Source of the DNA: Squalus acanthias
Taxonomy: Eukaryota
DNA: 64,000 nucleotides
Assembly: GCA_030390025.1 (NCBI GenBank)
Contig: CM059431.1
Span: 125,924,001-125,988,000, forward strand
Direction: 5' to 3'
A model generated the notes under the pieces. The model was not told the DNA's origin and made no database searches. It saw nothing but the letters and a program-made list of their open reading frames with translations. Of this stretch, positions 49,072 to 59,696 are shown in pieces (position 1 is the first letter of the stretch; each line of letters begins with the position of its first letter). The position numbers and the translations under genes were made by a program.

Positions 49072-50589
49072 TTATTTTAACTGATTTTTGTTCCTCCCTC
49101 TTGGGGGATCATGTTTTCCAGATATCTTAGGGGGTTTGTCGGACATTTTATTATCTTGACGATCCTCCTGTTGGGGTGGACGTTGGTTCTGCCAGGAATC
49201 TTTTTGATCCCCATTTCGGTTTTCCCGGTATCCTCCCGTGGCTCTCTGATAGTTTTGGCCAGTGTAAAAGCTGTCCCCATAGGGAGTCCACTGTCCTTCG
49301 CTTTCCTTTCGAGGTCTAGCCCCTCATCTATCCCATCTTTCCGGGGAGAAATCTTTCTCGTATTGTGGGCGAGTTGGGGGTGTAAACCTTCTGGAATACC
49401 CTCTTGGGGGTCCCGAGCCACGAGTTTGTGTCTGGGCGGGGTGGACTTGAGACTTGGGTCTATACAGTCCTTGTTTCTGAATACCAAAGGTACCTTCTCC
49501 GTTTTTTTTATCCCTAGTTTCTGATCTCATTGTAGGTTTAGTTTGGGGTAGACCTAAGAGGTCATGATTTAATTTGATAATACGATTGACATTATCCCAT
49601 CTTTGTTGGTTATCTCGATAATCGTTTAGAGCACCCTCACAGGCAAGTTTGAGGGCTGTATTTTGGTATTGATTGGCCAGGCAACCATGGACAATGTCCC
49701 AGTTATCCTGTGTAAGTACTTTGCCTAATCTGTAGACAGCTACCAGCCCTTTAGTTGTGGCTGTATTAGTGAGTATTTCCTTGATGGAACCCATTACATG
49801 CCCTCCCTGAGTTGCCGTGAGAACATAGGCGTATATTTGAACCCAGTTGTTACACTGGTTTAATGGGGGAATTAAGTCTGAACTTAGTATCATTTGTAGT
49901 AGTTGCCTCAGGTGTTGGGCATTCCAATCTTGGCAACAGGTTTCCAATTTATCAAGGTTAGTTAGAATCCAGCAGGTTTTTTCCTGGCTGGTGTTTCCTG
50001 GTCTACCACACATTGTGTAGATAGAGCTCAGGTTTACGTGACCTAGGGGCGCAATGTGTGATTGCTGGAGTTGGCTTACTGGGCCAGTAATCATTGCACC
50101 TCCAGCATTTAGATAAGATTGAGCTAGTACCTGTTGGCATTGATTATAATGGATTCTAAGCTGTCTATAGTTTTCTCGAAGATTCTGGTCATTTATTTCT
50201 TCATGAGTTTGCCACCTTAACCGGAATCCATGGCCCCCAGGAGCATAGGCTGCTCCGGGTCCTACTATTCAGCCATGGTTGCCACCACCTTGTTGGGCAC
50301 CGTTCATTAGGCCTCCCAATTGTGCGGGTGTGCACCTTATCATTAAGGAATTTTGTGGATTTGGAGTATTTGTTTGATTATCCCACTGGATATTCTGTAT
50401 CGCCTGGTTCTGGGGATCAACATCAATCGTGCCATGAGTTCTAACGACTCCATCGGTATCAAAGACTTCTATTTCAAAAATTATCACTTGGTTTTGTGGA
50501 GGTACAGGGATAGGATTATTTCCCCTCATAAAGCAATCATTTGAATTTCCTAATAAGAAGACTTGGCCAATTCCGACAGGGTTTGCCAT
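49072..50589 (-). pseudogene. gag: Foamy-like gag (one frame, two internal TGA stops)
   Basis: ORFs 50269-50589 and 49324-50094 are in frame. LTQDNWDIVHG resembles the spumaviral (D/N)NWDLVWG block. G/R-rich C-terminus, no CCHC knuckle. Confidence 0.82.
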
Positions 50590-50832
50590 TTCGTCAGGAC
50601 CTAACCTCGGTTACGGTTTAATATGAACTTTATAAGAAATTTCTAGACCTCAATGGTATATTGAGGGAGGTCTGATTTAAGTTCTACAAGGCCTGATCAG
50701 GGACTTGTTGTCTCTAGAGACTTGAATCTGGGTCTTAGTACCACTGTCAGTAAGACACTCCTTCTATACTTAACAATCTACAAGATGGATATAGATATAA
50801 ATATAAGTATAGGTTCTGTATCAACTCGATAA

Positions 50833-50850
50833 CACACACGTTGGGCGCCA
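50833..50850 (-). promoter_or_regulatory. Primer binding site, tRNA-Lys1,2
   Basis: Minus strand TGGCGCCCAACGTG, 2 nt after the LTR end; 14-nt match to the foamy virus PBS. Confidence 0.92.
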
Positions 50851-50852
50851 AC

Positions 50853-53800
50853 TGAAGGGATAATTACTAGTCCCAGCCCCTTTTGGGCTACTCCAGATCA
50901 GGGGTATTCCCCAGACGTTCACTTTCAACTAAAGTTTGAGGTAGCCAAATCCTAAAGATGCTTAATTGGGTCTAAAGGTCCAGACTATCTCTCCCTAAAG
51001 GAAAGGAACAACCTAAAGATGTTACTGTCCTCCAGATAGCACTTTTAATAAGTTTAGCTGGACTGTAACGTTCCGGATATTATGAGGGTCCGTGACGTCT
51101 CGGACCGTGTTTTCAGAATCCTCAAAGGGGAGGGGGAACAATCACAAGTCGTGGTACACATCGGTACCAACGACATAGGTAGGAGAAGGGACGGGGATTT
51201 AAAACAGGAATTTAGGGAGCTAGGTTGGAAGCTGAGAGCCAGTACAAACCATGTTGTAATTTCTGGTTTGTTGCCGGTGCCACGTGCTAGCGAGTTGAGG
51301 AACAGGGAGAGAGTGCAGATAAACACGTGGCTGCAGGGATGGTGTAGCGGGGAGGGTTTCAGTTATGTGGATAATTGGAGCACATTCTGGGGAAGGTGGG
51401 ACCTGTACAAACAGGACGGTTTGCACCTGAACCAGAGGGGCACCAATATCCTGGGAGGGAAATTTGCTACGGCTCTTCGGGGGGGTTTAAACTAATTTGT
51501 CAGGGGGATGGGAAACAGGGCTGTAGTCCAGGAGCCAGTGGTGAGTGCAGGGAGGTACTGAGGAGGGTATCAAGGTCGCAGGAATGTACCGGCAGACAGG
51601 AAGATGGCTTGAAGTGTGTCTACTTCAATGCAAGGAGCATCCGGAATAAGGTAGGAGAACTTGGAGCGTGGATTGGTACTTGGGACTACGATGTGGTGGC
51701 CATTACGGAGACATGGTTAGAACAGGGACAGGAATGGTTGTTGGAAGTTCCGGGGTATAGATGTTTCAGTAAGAGTAGGGACGTTGGTAAGAAAGGTGGA
51801 GGAGTAGCATTGTTAATCAAGGATAGTTTAACAGCGGCAGAAAGGCAGTTCGAGGGGGATCTGCCGTCTGAGGTAATATGGGCTGAAGTTAGAAATAGGA
51901 AAGGAGCGGTCACGTTGTTAGGAGTTTTCTACAGGCCCCCAAATAGTAATAGAGATGTGGAGGAAGAAATTGCAAAGCAGATTATGAATAGGTGTGGAGG
52001 TCACAGAGTAGTTGTCATGGGTGACTTCAACTTTCCAAATATTGATTGGAACCTTTATAGGTCAAACAGTTCAGATGGGATAGTTTTTGCACAGTGTGTG
52101 CAGGAGGGTTTCCTGACACAATATGTGGATAGGCCGACAAGAGGTGGGGCCACGTTGGATTTGGTACTGGGTAATGAACCGGGCCAAGTGTTTGATTTGT
52201 ATGTGGGAGAGCACTTTGGAGATAGTGACCACAATTCGGTAACTTTCACTATTGCAATGGAGAGGGATAGGGCCATACGGCAGGGCAGGGTTTATAATTG
52301 GGGGAGGGGTAATTATGATGCGATTAGGCAAGAATTAGGGAGTATAAGATGGGAACAGAAACTATCAGGGAAAGGCACAAACAAAAAGTGGAGCTTTTTC
52401 ATGGAGCAATTACTGCGTGTCCTTGATAGGTATGTCCCTGTCAGGCAGGGAGGAAATGGCCGAGTGAGAGAACCATGGTTCACAAAAGAGGTTCAATGTC
52501 TAGTCAAGAGGAAAAAGGAAGCGTATGTAAGGATGAGAAAACAAGGTTTAGTTGGGTCGATTGAGGGGTACAAGGTAGCAAGGAATGAGCTAAAAAAAGA
52601 GCTTAGGAGAGCTAGGAGGGGGCATGAGAAGTCCTTGGCGGGTCGGATCAAGAAAAACCCCAAGGCCTTTTACTCTTATGTGAGAAATAAAAGAATGACC
52701 AGGGTGAGGGTAGGGCCGGTCAAGGACAGTAGTGGGAACTTGTGCATGGAGTCAGAAGAGATAGGAGAGGTGATGAATGAATACTTTTCGTCAGTGTTCA
52801 CCGAGGAGAGGGGCCATGTTCTTGAGGATGAGAGTGTGATAAAGGTGGATAGGCTGGAGGTGGTAGATGTTCTGAGGGAAGATGTTTTAGCAATTTTGAA
52901 GAACCTGAGGGTCGATAAGTCCCCTGGGCCAGATGGGATATATCCTAGGATTCTTTGGGAGGCAAGGGAGGAGATTGCAGAGCCTCTGGCTTTGATCTTT
53001 GGGTCCTCACTGTCCACGGGAATGGTGCCAGAGGACTGGAGAGTGGCGAATGTTGTTCCTCTCTTCAAGAAAGGAAATAGGAATGACCCTGGTAATTATA
53101 GGCCGGCTAGTCTTACTTCGGTGGTTGGTAAGATAATGGAAAAGGTCCTGAGGGATAGGATTTATGACCATTTGGAAAGGGGCAACTTAATCAGGGATAG
53201 TCAACACGGATTCGTGAAGGGTAAGTCTTGCCTAACAAATTTGATTGAATTCTTTGAGGAGGTAACTAAGTGTGGAGATGAAGGTAGAGCAGTTGATGTC
53301 GTATACATGGATTTTAGTAAGGCGTTTGATAAGGTTCCCCATGGTCGGCTCATGAAGAAAGTAAGGAGTTGTGGGATAGAGGGAAATTTGGCCGATTGGA
53401 TAAGTAACTGGCTATCTCATAGAAGGCAGAGGGTGGTGGTGGATGGAACATTTTCGGACTGGAGACCAGTTACCAGCGGTGTGCCACAGGGGTCGGTGCT
53501 GGGTCCTCTGCTGTTTGTGATTTTTATCAATGACTTGTAGGAGGGGACTGAAGGGTGGATCAGTAAATTTGCTGATGACACCAAGATTGGTGGAGCAGTG
53601 GATGAGGTGGAGGGCTGTTGTAGGCTGCAAAGAGACATTGATAGGATGCAGAGCTGGGCCGAAAAATGGCAGATGGAATTTAACCCTGATAAGTGCGAGG
53701 TGATTCATTTTGGTAGGGCAAATTTGAATAAGGATTACAGGGTCAACGGCAGTGTTCTGAGGAACTTGGAGGAGCAGAGGGATCTGGGGGTTCATATCCA

Positions 53801-55516
53801 CAGATCTCTGAAGGTTGCCACTCAAGTGGATAGAGCAGTAAAGAAGGCCTATGGTGTGTTGGCGTTTATTAACAGAGGGTTTGAGTTTAAGAACCGTGAG
53901 GTTATGCTGCAACTGTACAGGACCTTGGTGAGACCACATTTGGAATATTGTGTGCAGTTCTGGTCACCTCACTATAGGAAGGACGTGGAAGCATTGGAAA
54001 GAGTGCAAAGGAGATTTACCAGGATGCTGCCTGGTTTGGGGGGGGAGGTCTTATGAGGAAAGATTGAGGGAGTTGGGGCTTTTCTCTTTAGAGCGGAGGA
54101 GGATGAGAGGCGACTTAATAGAGGTTTATAAGATGATGAGGGGGATAGATAGAGTGGATGTTCAGAGACTATTTCCTCGGGTAGAGGCAGCTGTTACAAG
54201 GGGGCATAACTATAAGGTGCATGGGGGGAGATATAGAAGGGATGTCCGAGGTAGATTCTTTACTCAGAGAGTGGTTGGGATGTGGAATGGACTGCCTGCT
54301 GTGATAGTGGAGTCGGACACTTTAGGAACTTTCAAGCGGTTATTGGATAAGCACATGGAGCACACCAGAGTGATAGGGAGTGTGATAGCTTGATCTTGGT
54401 CTCGGACAATGCTCGGCACAACATCGAGGGCCGAAGGGCCTGTACTGTGCTGTACTGTTCTATGTTTCTATGTAACTCCCCCAGAATTCTGCTACTCCTC
54501 ACTAAAGAGTGTACAGAGATTGAGTTTGCGAGTTTGATACAGAAGTATTATGTGAGACAATTCTAAAAATATATAGATTTATTAAAGAACCGACATGTAA
54601 TTTACAGTTGGTGATTCAATCGCAACATTAACAGTTCCAAAAACAGAAATCTTTTACAATCTTATTATCAGAGATCCTTATTCTCAAATCTTAACTTTGT
54701 TACATTTTACAGTTCCCAGTCTTTATTCCAGGATATCCACCAAAATCAAATACCTTTGATACCTTTGATCCCCGAGGTACAAAAAGTTGTAGACTTACAG
54801 AGCTTGCCTCTGAAGCCTGAGAATCGCTTTGCCCCTTTACAGCGAATCTATCATCCCATTTGAAAGTTCAATATTTATACCCTTTTTCAGTGGTATGTCC
54901 TTTGAAGTTTTCTGCTGATGTAAGCTAATTATCTCTAGTCATTTTTCTGCTGACTTCTGCTATTCTTACAGTCAGTTCAGCTGGTAGCTTTAAGAATTGT
55001 GTCTCTACCTTTAGGTGTTCGAAGCTTATCATAGAAATGGTGTGACAGCAGATGCATCTATTTGATGTCATTCTTACCAAGGTCTTCTGTTTGTGTCTTT
55101 TTATGATGTGTCAATTAAAAACACCTCAACCGGGTGCACCATTGTCTTCTTAGTTACCTCAGCTGGTTGCAACACAGAATCGTATCTCCTGTGTTTCATT
55201 TGATGTCATTTTTACGAAGGCATATGTTTCTTAATTTTCTGTGTTTCTTTCTGAAGTGTTGGTTTAAGACACCTTAACAGGGTGTACCATTGTGTTCTTT
55301 GCAAGGCTTCAGTCTATCAGGAACATGCAACCTCCTGTTTCAATAAGGTTATTGATTCAGTGTCAACAACTTATCCTATCTCAATAGCCTGTATGCTGTT
55401 TACAGCTTCTCCATTGTTAGGTTTTTAGATTTTCAAGCCCAGTTTGTCATGTTACAATAAGGCCAGAATTATTTATAGAATGATGTATTTTTCTGAATAT
55501 GGCTTATTCCTTCACA
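50853..55516 (-). repeat. Foamy-like 5' LTR, split by a CR1
   Basis: Matches the 3' LTR with 14 mismatches in the first 212 bp counted by eye. TATAAA at 54879-54874, GTAAGT at 54798-54793. Confidence 0.92.
51065..54474 (+). mobile_element. Young 5'-truncated CR1 LINE (ORF1 esterase C-terminus; ORF2 with a stop and a frameshift)
   Basis: [64 protein letters not shown] tail; possible ACT duplication. Confidence 0.95.
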
Positions 55517-55520
55517 CACC

Positions 55521-56324
55521 ATCCATTGCTGCATCCTGGAGTTCACAGGGGCTCTCTACAGAAGGAGAAGGGACTACATTTCTTTCCCCATCACCAGAGA
55601 GAAGCAGGACGAGCATGCACGTGGCTTTGCCAGGATAGCGGGCTTCCCCATGGTGCAGGGCGCCATTGACTGCACCCACGTCGCTTTGCAGGCACCCCAT
55701 AACAATCCTGAGATTTTCCGTAACCGCAAATGCTACCACTCACTTAATGTGCAGTTGGTGTGCGACCACAGACAGCGAATCCTCAATGTTAATGCCCGCT
55801 ATCCTGGCAGCAGCCACGATGCCTTCATCCTGCGCCAGACCGGTGTGCCAGCACTCTTCCAGCCACCACATCAAGCTCGTGGCTGGCTGGTCAGAGACAA
55901 GGCCTATCCGCTCTCCACCTGGCTCATGACTCCCCTCCCCAACCCCAACACTTCTGCCCAGCACTCATAGAATGAGAGCCGTCCCGTCACCAGGAGCATC
56001 ATCGAGCAGACCATCGGAGTTTTCAAGCAATGGTTCCACTGGCTTGACCGCTCAGGAGGAGCCCTCCAGTACTCGGCTGAGTGGTTGTCCCTTTTCATCA
56101 TGGGGTGCTGCATGCTGCACAACTTGGCCATCATGAGGTCCCAGCCATTGCCACCAGGCAAAGTGGGACCACATCAGGAGGAGGAAGAGGGAGAGGAGCA
56201 GGACGAGGAGGAAGAGGAAGACGAAGAGGAGGAATAGGGGGAGGAACGAGGGAGGAGGCAGCCACTAAATCGGCCTTCTGGAAGGGTGGTGCGTGACCGC
56301 CTCATCAGACTGCGGTTCCAATAA
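55521..56324 (+). pseudogene. Harbinger transposase, C-terminal DDE part
   Basis: Continues SQFA|IHCCI; GAIDCTHV, NRK.YHSLNVQLVCD, PGSSHDAFIL, DKAYPL, IEQTIG, CCMLHNLA; internal TAG at 55968. Confidence 0.93.
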
Positions 56325-56489
56325 ATTGTACCCCGCATCCCGGTTGCTCACCACATTTCCATCATTCCATCCATTTTGCTTGCCATATCACAGTGCAAAG
56401 CTGAAATGAGAGACAACACAATTTCTGCAAAATTCAATTAATAAATTTATCAACATTCAGTAAACACATATATACAACAACGATATTAA

Positions 56490-58501
56490 CTAATCACCCT
56501 TGTGCAAACCCTTACTTCCCCTCTTTACAGTGCCTTTTCCTAATCTACTGCTCCTATGTAGTCTGTAGCCTGTGGCTGCAGCAGGGCTGGTGGAAGGCTG
56601 CTCAGTGTCAGTGCCAGAGACTACAGATGGCCTTGCAGGACACCCTCGACCAGCTCTCAGCCTGTAAGGCCCGGCTGTAGACTGCACCACCTCAGGCTGT
56701 GCGGCGGCAGTCTGGGCTGGCTAATTGACAGGCAATGGTGGAGTGGCAGTGGTGGGAGCAGGAATGCTGTCTGAGAAGACAGCAGGTTCCTGCTCCACTG
56801 ACACACTGCCAATCCCCCAGGGCAGCATCTCAGCATCCCTACCAATCTGCTGGAGCACAGATTGCTGGCCAGCTGCGACAACGTGAGATTCCCAGTGGAC
56901 TGTGGTGGACCCAGCGATTATGGCAGCAGTCAAAGCTTGCGTGGCATCAAGCTGAGACTGCATGATAGCAGTCTGAGAATCGATGGCACCAAGCATAGAC
57001 TGCATTACGGCACTAAGACGTTGAGTGGCTTCTGCCTGTGCTGCAATGGATACTGCCACATCACCCATGACACGTGGCATGAGGTCTGGGTCCCCACGGT
57101 CTCTCAGGGAGTCCACATCCTTTGCAGACTGACAAGGATGGGCTCCGTGGTGTGCGCAGAGCTCTGTGCAATGTTGGAGGCGGACTCCTCCACGCTCCTT
57201 ACCATTGCCGACAGGCTCTTGGGCACCCTTACCATTGCACCTATCATCTTGGCGTGCATGCCCATCACCCTTCTTGTGAATACCTCCTCATCGAGGTCCT
57301 CATCTGAGTCCTGTGCAGCAGAACTTGCGTGCAAACTCGCCCTCCGGGGAGCTGGCCCCCGAGCTACCCTTTCCCCCGGTCTTGCTGCAGCTCGCACGTC
57401 CCCGGTGCATCACCCAGTGCAGACCCCTCTCCTAAACTTGCCTCTGAAGATCGCGTAGTGCCAGTATCTGAGGTGGTGCCTGCGGGTGAGACATGCAGTG
57501 ACGCGGTGCTTTCTTCCTCCTCCACTTCTCCTGTGTCACTCTCACTGGGAGGCTCAGGGACAGACTGGTCAGCTGGTTGCTGATTACCTGAAAGCATAAA
57601 GGCACAAGATTCGCATTAAGGTGAGGGCACGGGGGAAGGAAGGGAGCAAGGAATGCAGACAGTATAATGAGCTGGAAAGTGGGAAAGGCTTGTGGTGTGA
57701 GGGGGAAGTGGGATGAGAGAAGGCGAGGGGATGAACATATTGGTTCTGCTGAAGGGTTCGACCCGAAACATTGACTCTGTTTCTCTCTCCTCGATGCTGC
57801 CTGACCTGCTGAGTGTTTCTAGTACTTTCTGTTCATATTTCAGATTTCCAGCATCCGCAGTATTTTGCTATTGTGTTGAACATACCGTCGTTGCCCCCAA
57901 GGGGGTCGTCGTCGCTGACGGCCACGGCGCCCACCACCTGGCACCCAATGACTCTCAACACTTGCTCCTCCAGGTCTATAAGCTGTTGGATGTCCGCTTC
58001 ACCCCCGCCTGTTCATTCCTGTTCCCTCCTATTGTAGCCCAACTTGACCAGCAATAGAATGGTAAGTGTATGAGTGACTGTACAGTGTTTGGGAGATGTG
58101 CCTGCCATAGTTGAATAGCTGTGATTGTAGGCAAGGTGTGAGATGTGGATGTGAGATTTAGTAGGTGGAGATGCTTGGTGGGTGAGTGGTAGGGGTGTGG
58201 TGGTTTGTGCAGTGTGTACAGACTGAGGTTCAGATGCTGGTATGCAGGACTTGTTGAAGCATGTACTCACCCTGACCACCCGAGTGAGGTCGTTGATTTT
58301 TTTACGGCACAGTCTGAGGGTCCTGAGGACCACACTGCTGGCCGAGACGTCCTGAGCCACTTCCCTCCACATTGCCCTGAAGACCTGGGGCAATGGCCTC
58401 CTGCCAGTGGCCAGGCACCTTCTTTCGACTGCCGCGACTAATGCCTCCAATGCCTGGGTGCTGAAACGGCAAGCTCTCTCCCTGGGACTGGGATCAGCCA
58501 T
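56490..58501 (-). pseudogene. Harbinger Myb/SANT-like DNA-binding gene, multi-exon, degraded
   Basis: RFSTQALEALV..MWREVAQDV..RT..CRKKINDL followed by a GTGAGT donor (58270); acceptor TTTCAG near 57588; downstream acidic and coiled-coil exon. Confidence 0.8.
57740..57880 (+). repeat. Penelope-derived short repeat inside the Myb gene region
   Basis: CTGCTGAAGGGTTCGACCCGAAAC..GATGCTGCCTGACCTGCTGAGT..TTCCAGCATCCGCAGT; inverse orientation of 2737-2872. Confidence 0.55.
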
Positions 58502-59696
58502 GAGGATAAGAGGTGTAGCTATTGAGTTGCTTGGAGGTCGCCTTCAGAGCCAGCAATGTTGAGAATGAGGTTGTGCTGCATCATCAAGCTCCACTGTAAG
58601 AACTGGAAGAAGCCAGTGTGAATGATGAGTCACGATTGGACTGCACCTGAAATTGGTTATCGCTTTGCGGTTAGCGCCCCGCTCTCTGTGTGTAGCGTCC
58701 TAAGTTAGGTGATTAGTGCTTGATTTAGCGCTCCAGATCTCTCTTGGAGCACTAACAATCAATTTAGCGGGAGGTCAGAAGGATGAGCGCCTGATGCTAA
58801 TTCTCAACTTTTTAAAATTTAGCGCCCCAACCGGGGCGATACCGAATTTCTAGCCCATGTAGTGTGGGACTTGAACCACATGTAGGTCAAACCATATTAG
58901 GGAGGCAGATGCCTTCCCTTAAAGGATATTATTGAACAAGTTTAGTCCTTAATGACAATCCAGAAGCATTCATGGTCATTGTTTCTGGTGCCGGAATTAT
59001 TGAATTGAATTTCACAACTTGCTATGCTGGAATTGTGAACTCAGGGTTGCTCTTCCAGTACCGTAACCACTAGGCCATATTAATATGACTGTCATGCATT
59101 ACCCCTCCTAGTTATCCTCGATCTCTACATGGCCTTCAATAAAGTTTTACTGCTCCATCGTCCTCTACTGTCTCTCATCTGTGGAACACAGCAATAGCAC
59201 GGGCCCTTCATAGTTCCAGCTTGCTGTTGCTAACTAGATGTCATCTCCATAATGTAATGTATGTGGGTAGAACAATAGAAGGACAGAGACACAATGAGTT
59301 GCTGGTCCATGTGCTTGCTTTACTAGGCCAGAGCGCACTGAGCATGCTCATACCAAACCATGTGACAAACCATGTGATAAGGCACAACAATCCCACAGGA
59401 AAAGTGGTCCAACCGTAGCTAACAAGAGAAGTTAAAGATAGCATTAGATCAAAGGAAGAGGGCTTATAATGTTGCCAAAAATAGTAGTAAGCCTGAGGAT
59501 TAAGATGATTTTAGAATTCAGCAAAGGAGGACCAAGAAATTGATAAAGAAAGGGAAAATAGAATATGAGAGTAAACGAGCGAGAGACATAAAAACAGACT
59601 GTAAAAGCTTCCATAGGTATGTAAAAAGGAAAAGATTAGCAAAAGTAAATTATAATGGGGAATAAGGAAATGGCTAAGAAATTAAACAAATACTTT

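Larger units (their letters stand above)
31311..55516 (-). mobile_element. Endogenous foamy (spuma)-like retrovirus, defective, both LTRs interrupted
   Basis: Paired ~1.25-kb LTRs with TG..CA ends, 4-bp TSD CGCC/CACC, tRNA-Lys PBS, foamy-type Gag and Pol motifs. LTR outer end is ambiguous by 2 bp. Confidence 0.9.
30565..58856 (+). mobile_element. Autonomous-type Harbinger DNA transposon (~4 kb once nested inserts are removed)
   Basis: TIRs GGGGGAGAAATTC and GAATTTCTAGCCC, ATG duplication (30562-30564, 58857-58859), convergent transposase and Myb/SANT genes. Confidence 0.88.

Noticed and set aside
30948..56324. Domesticated host HARBI1 gene
   Set aside because: Bounded by TIRs and TSD, paired with a Myb gene, interrupted and containing a stop: a transposon copy.
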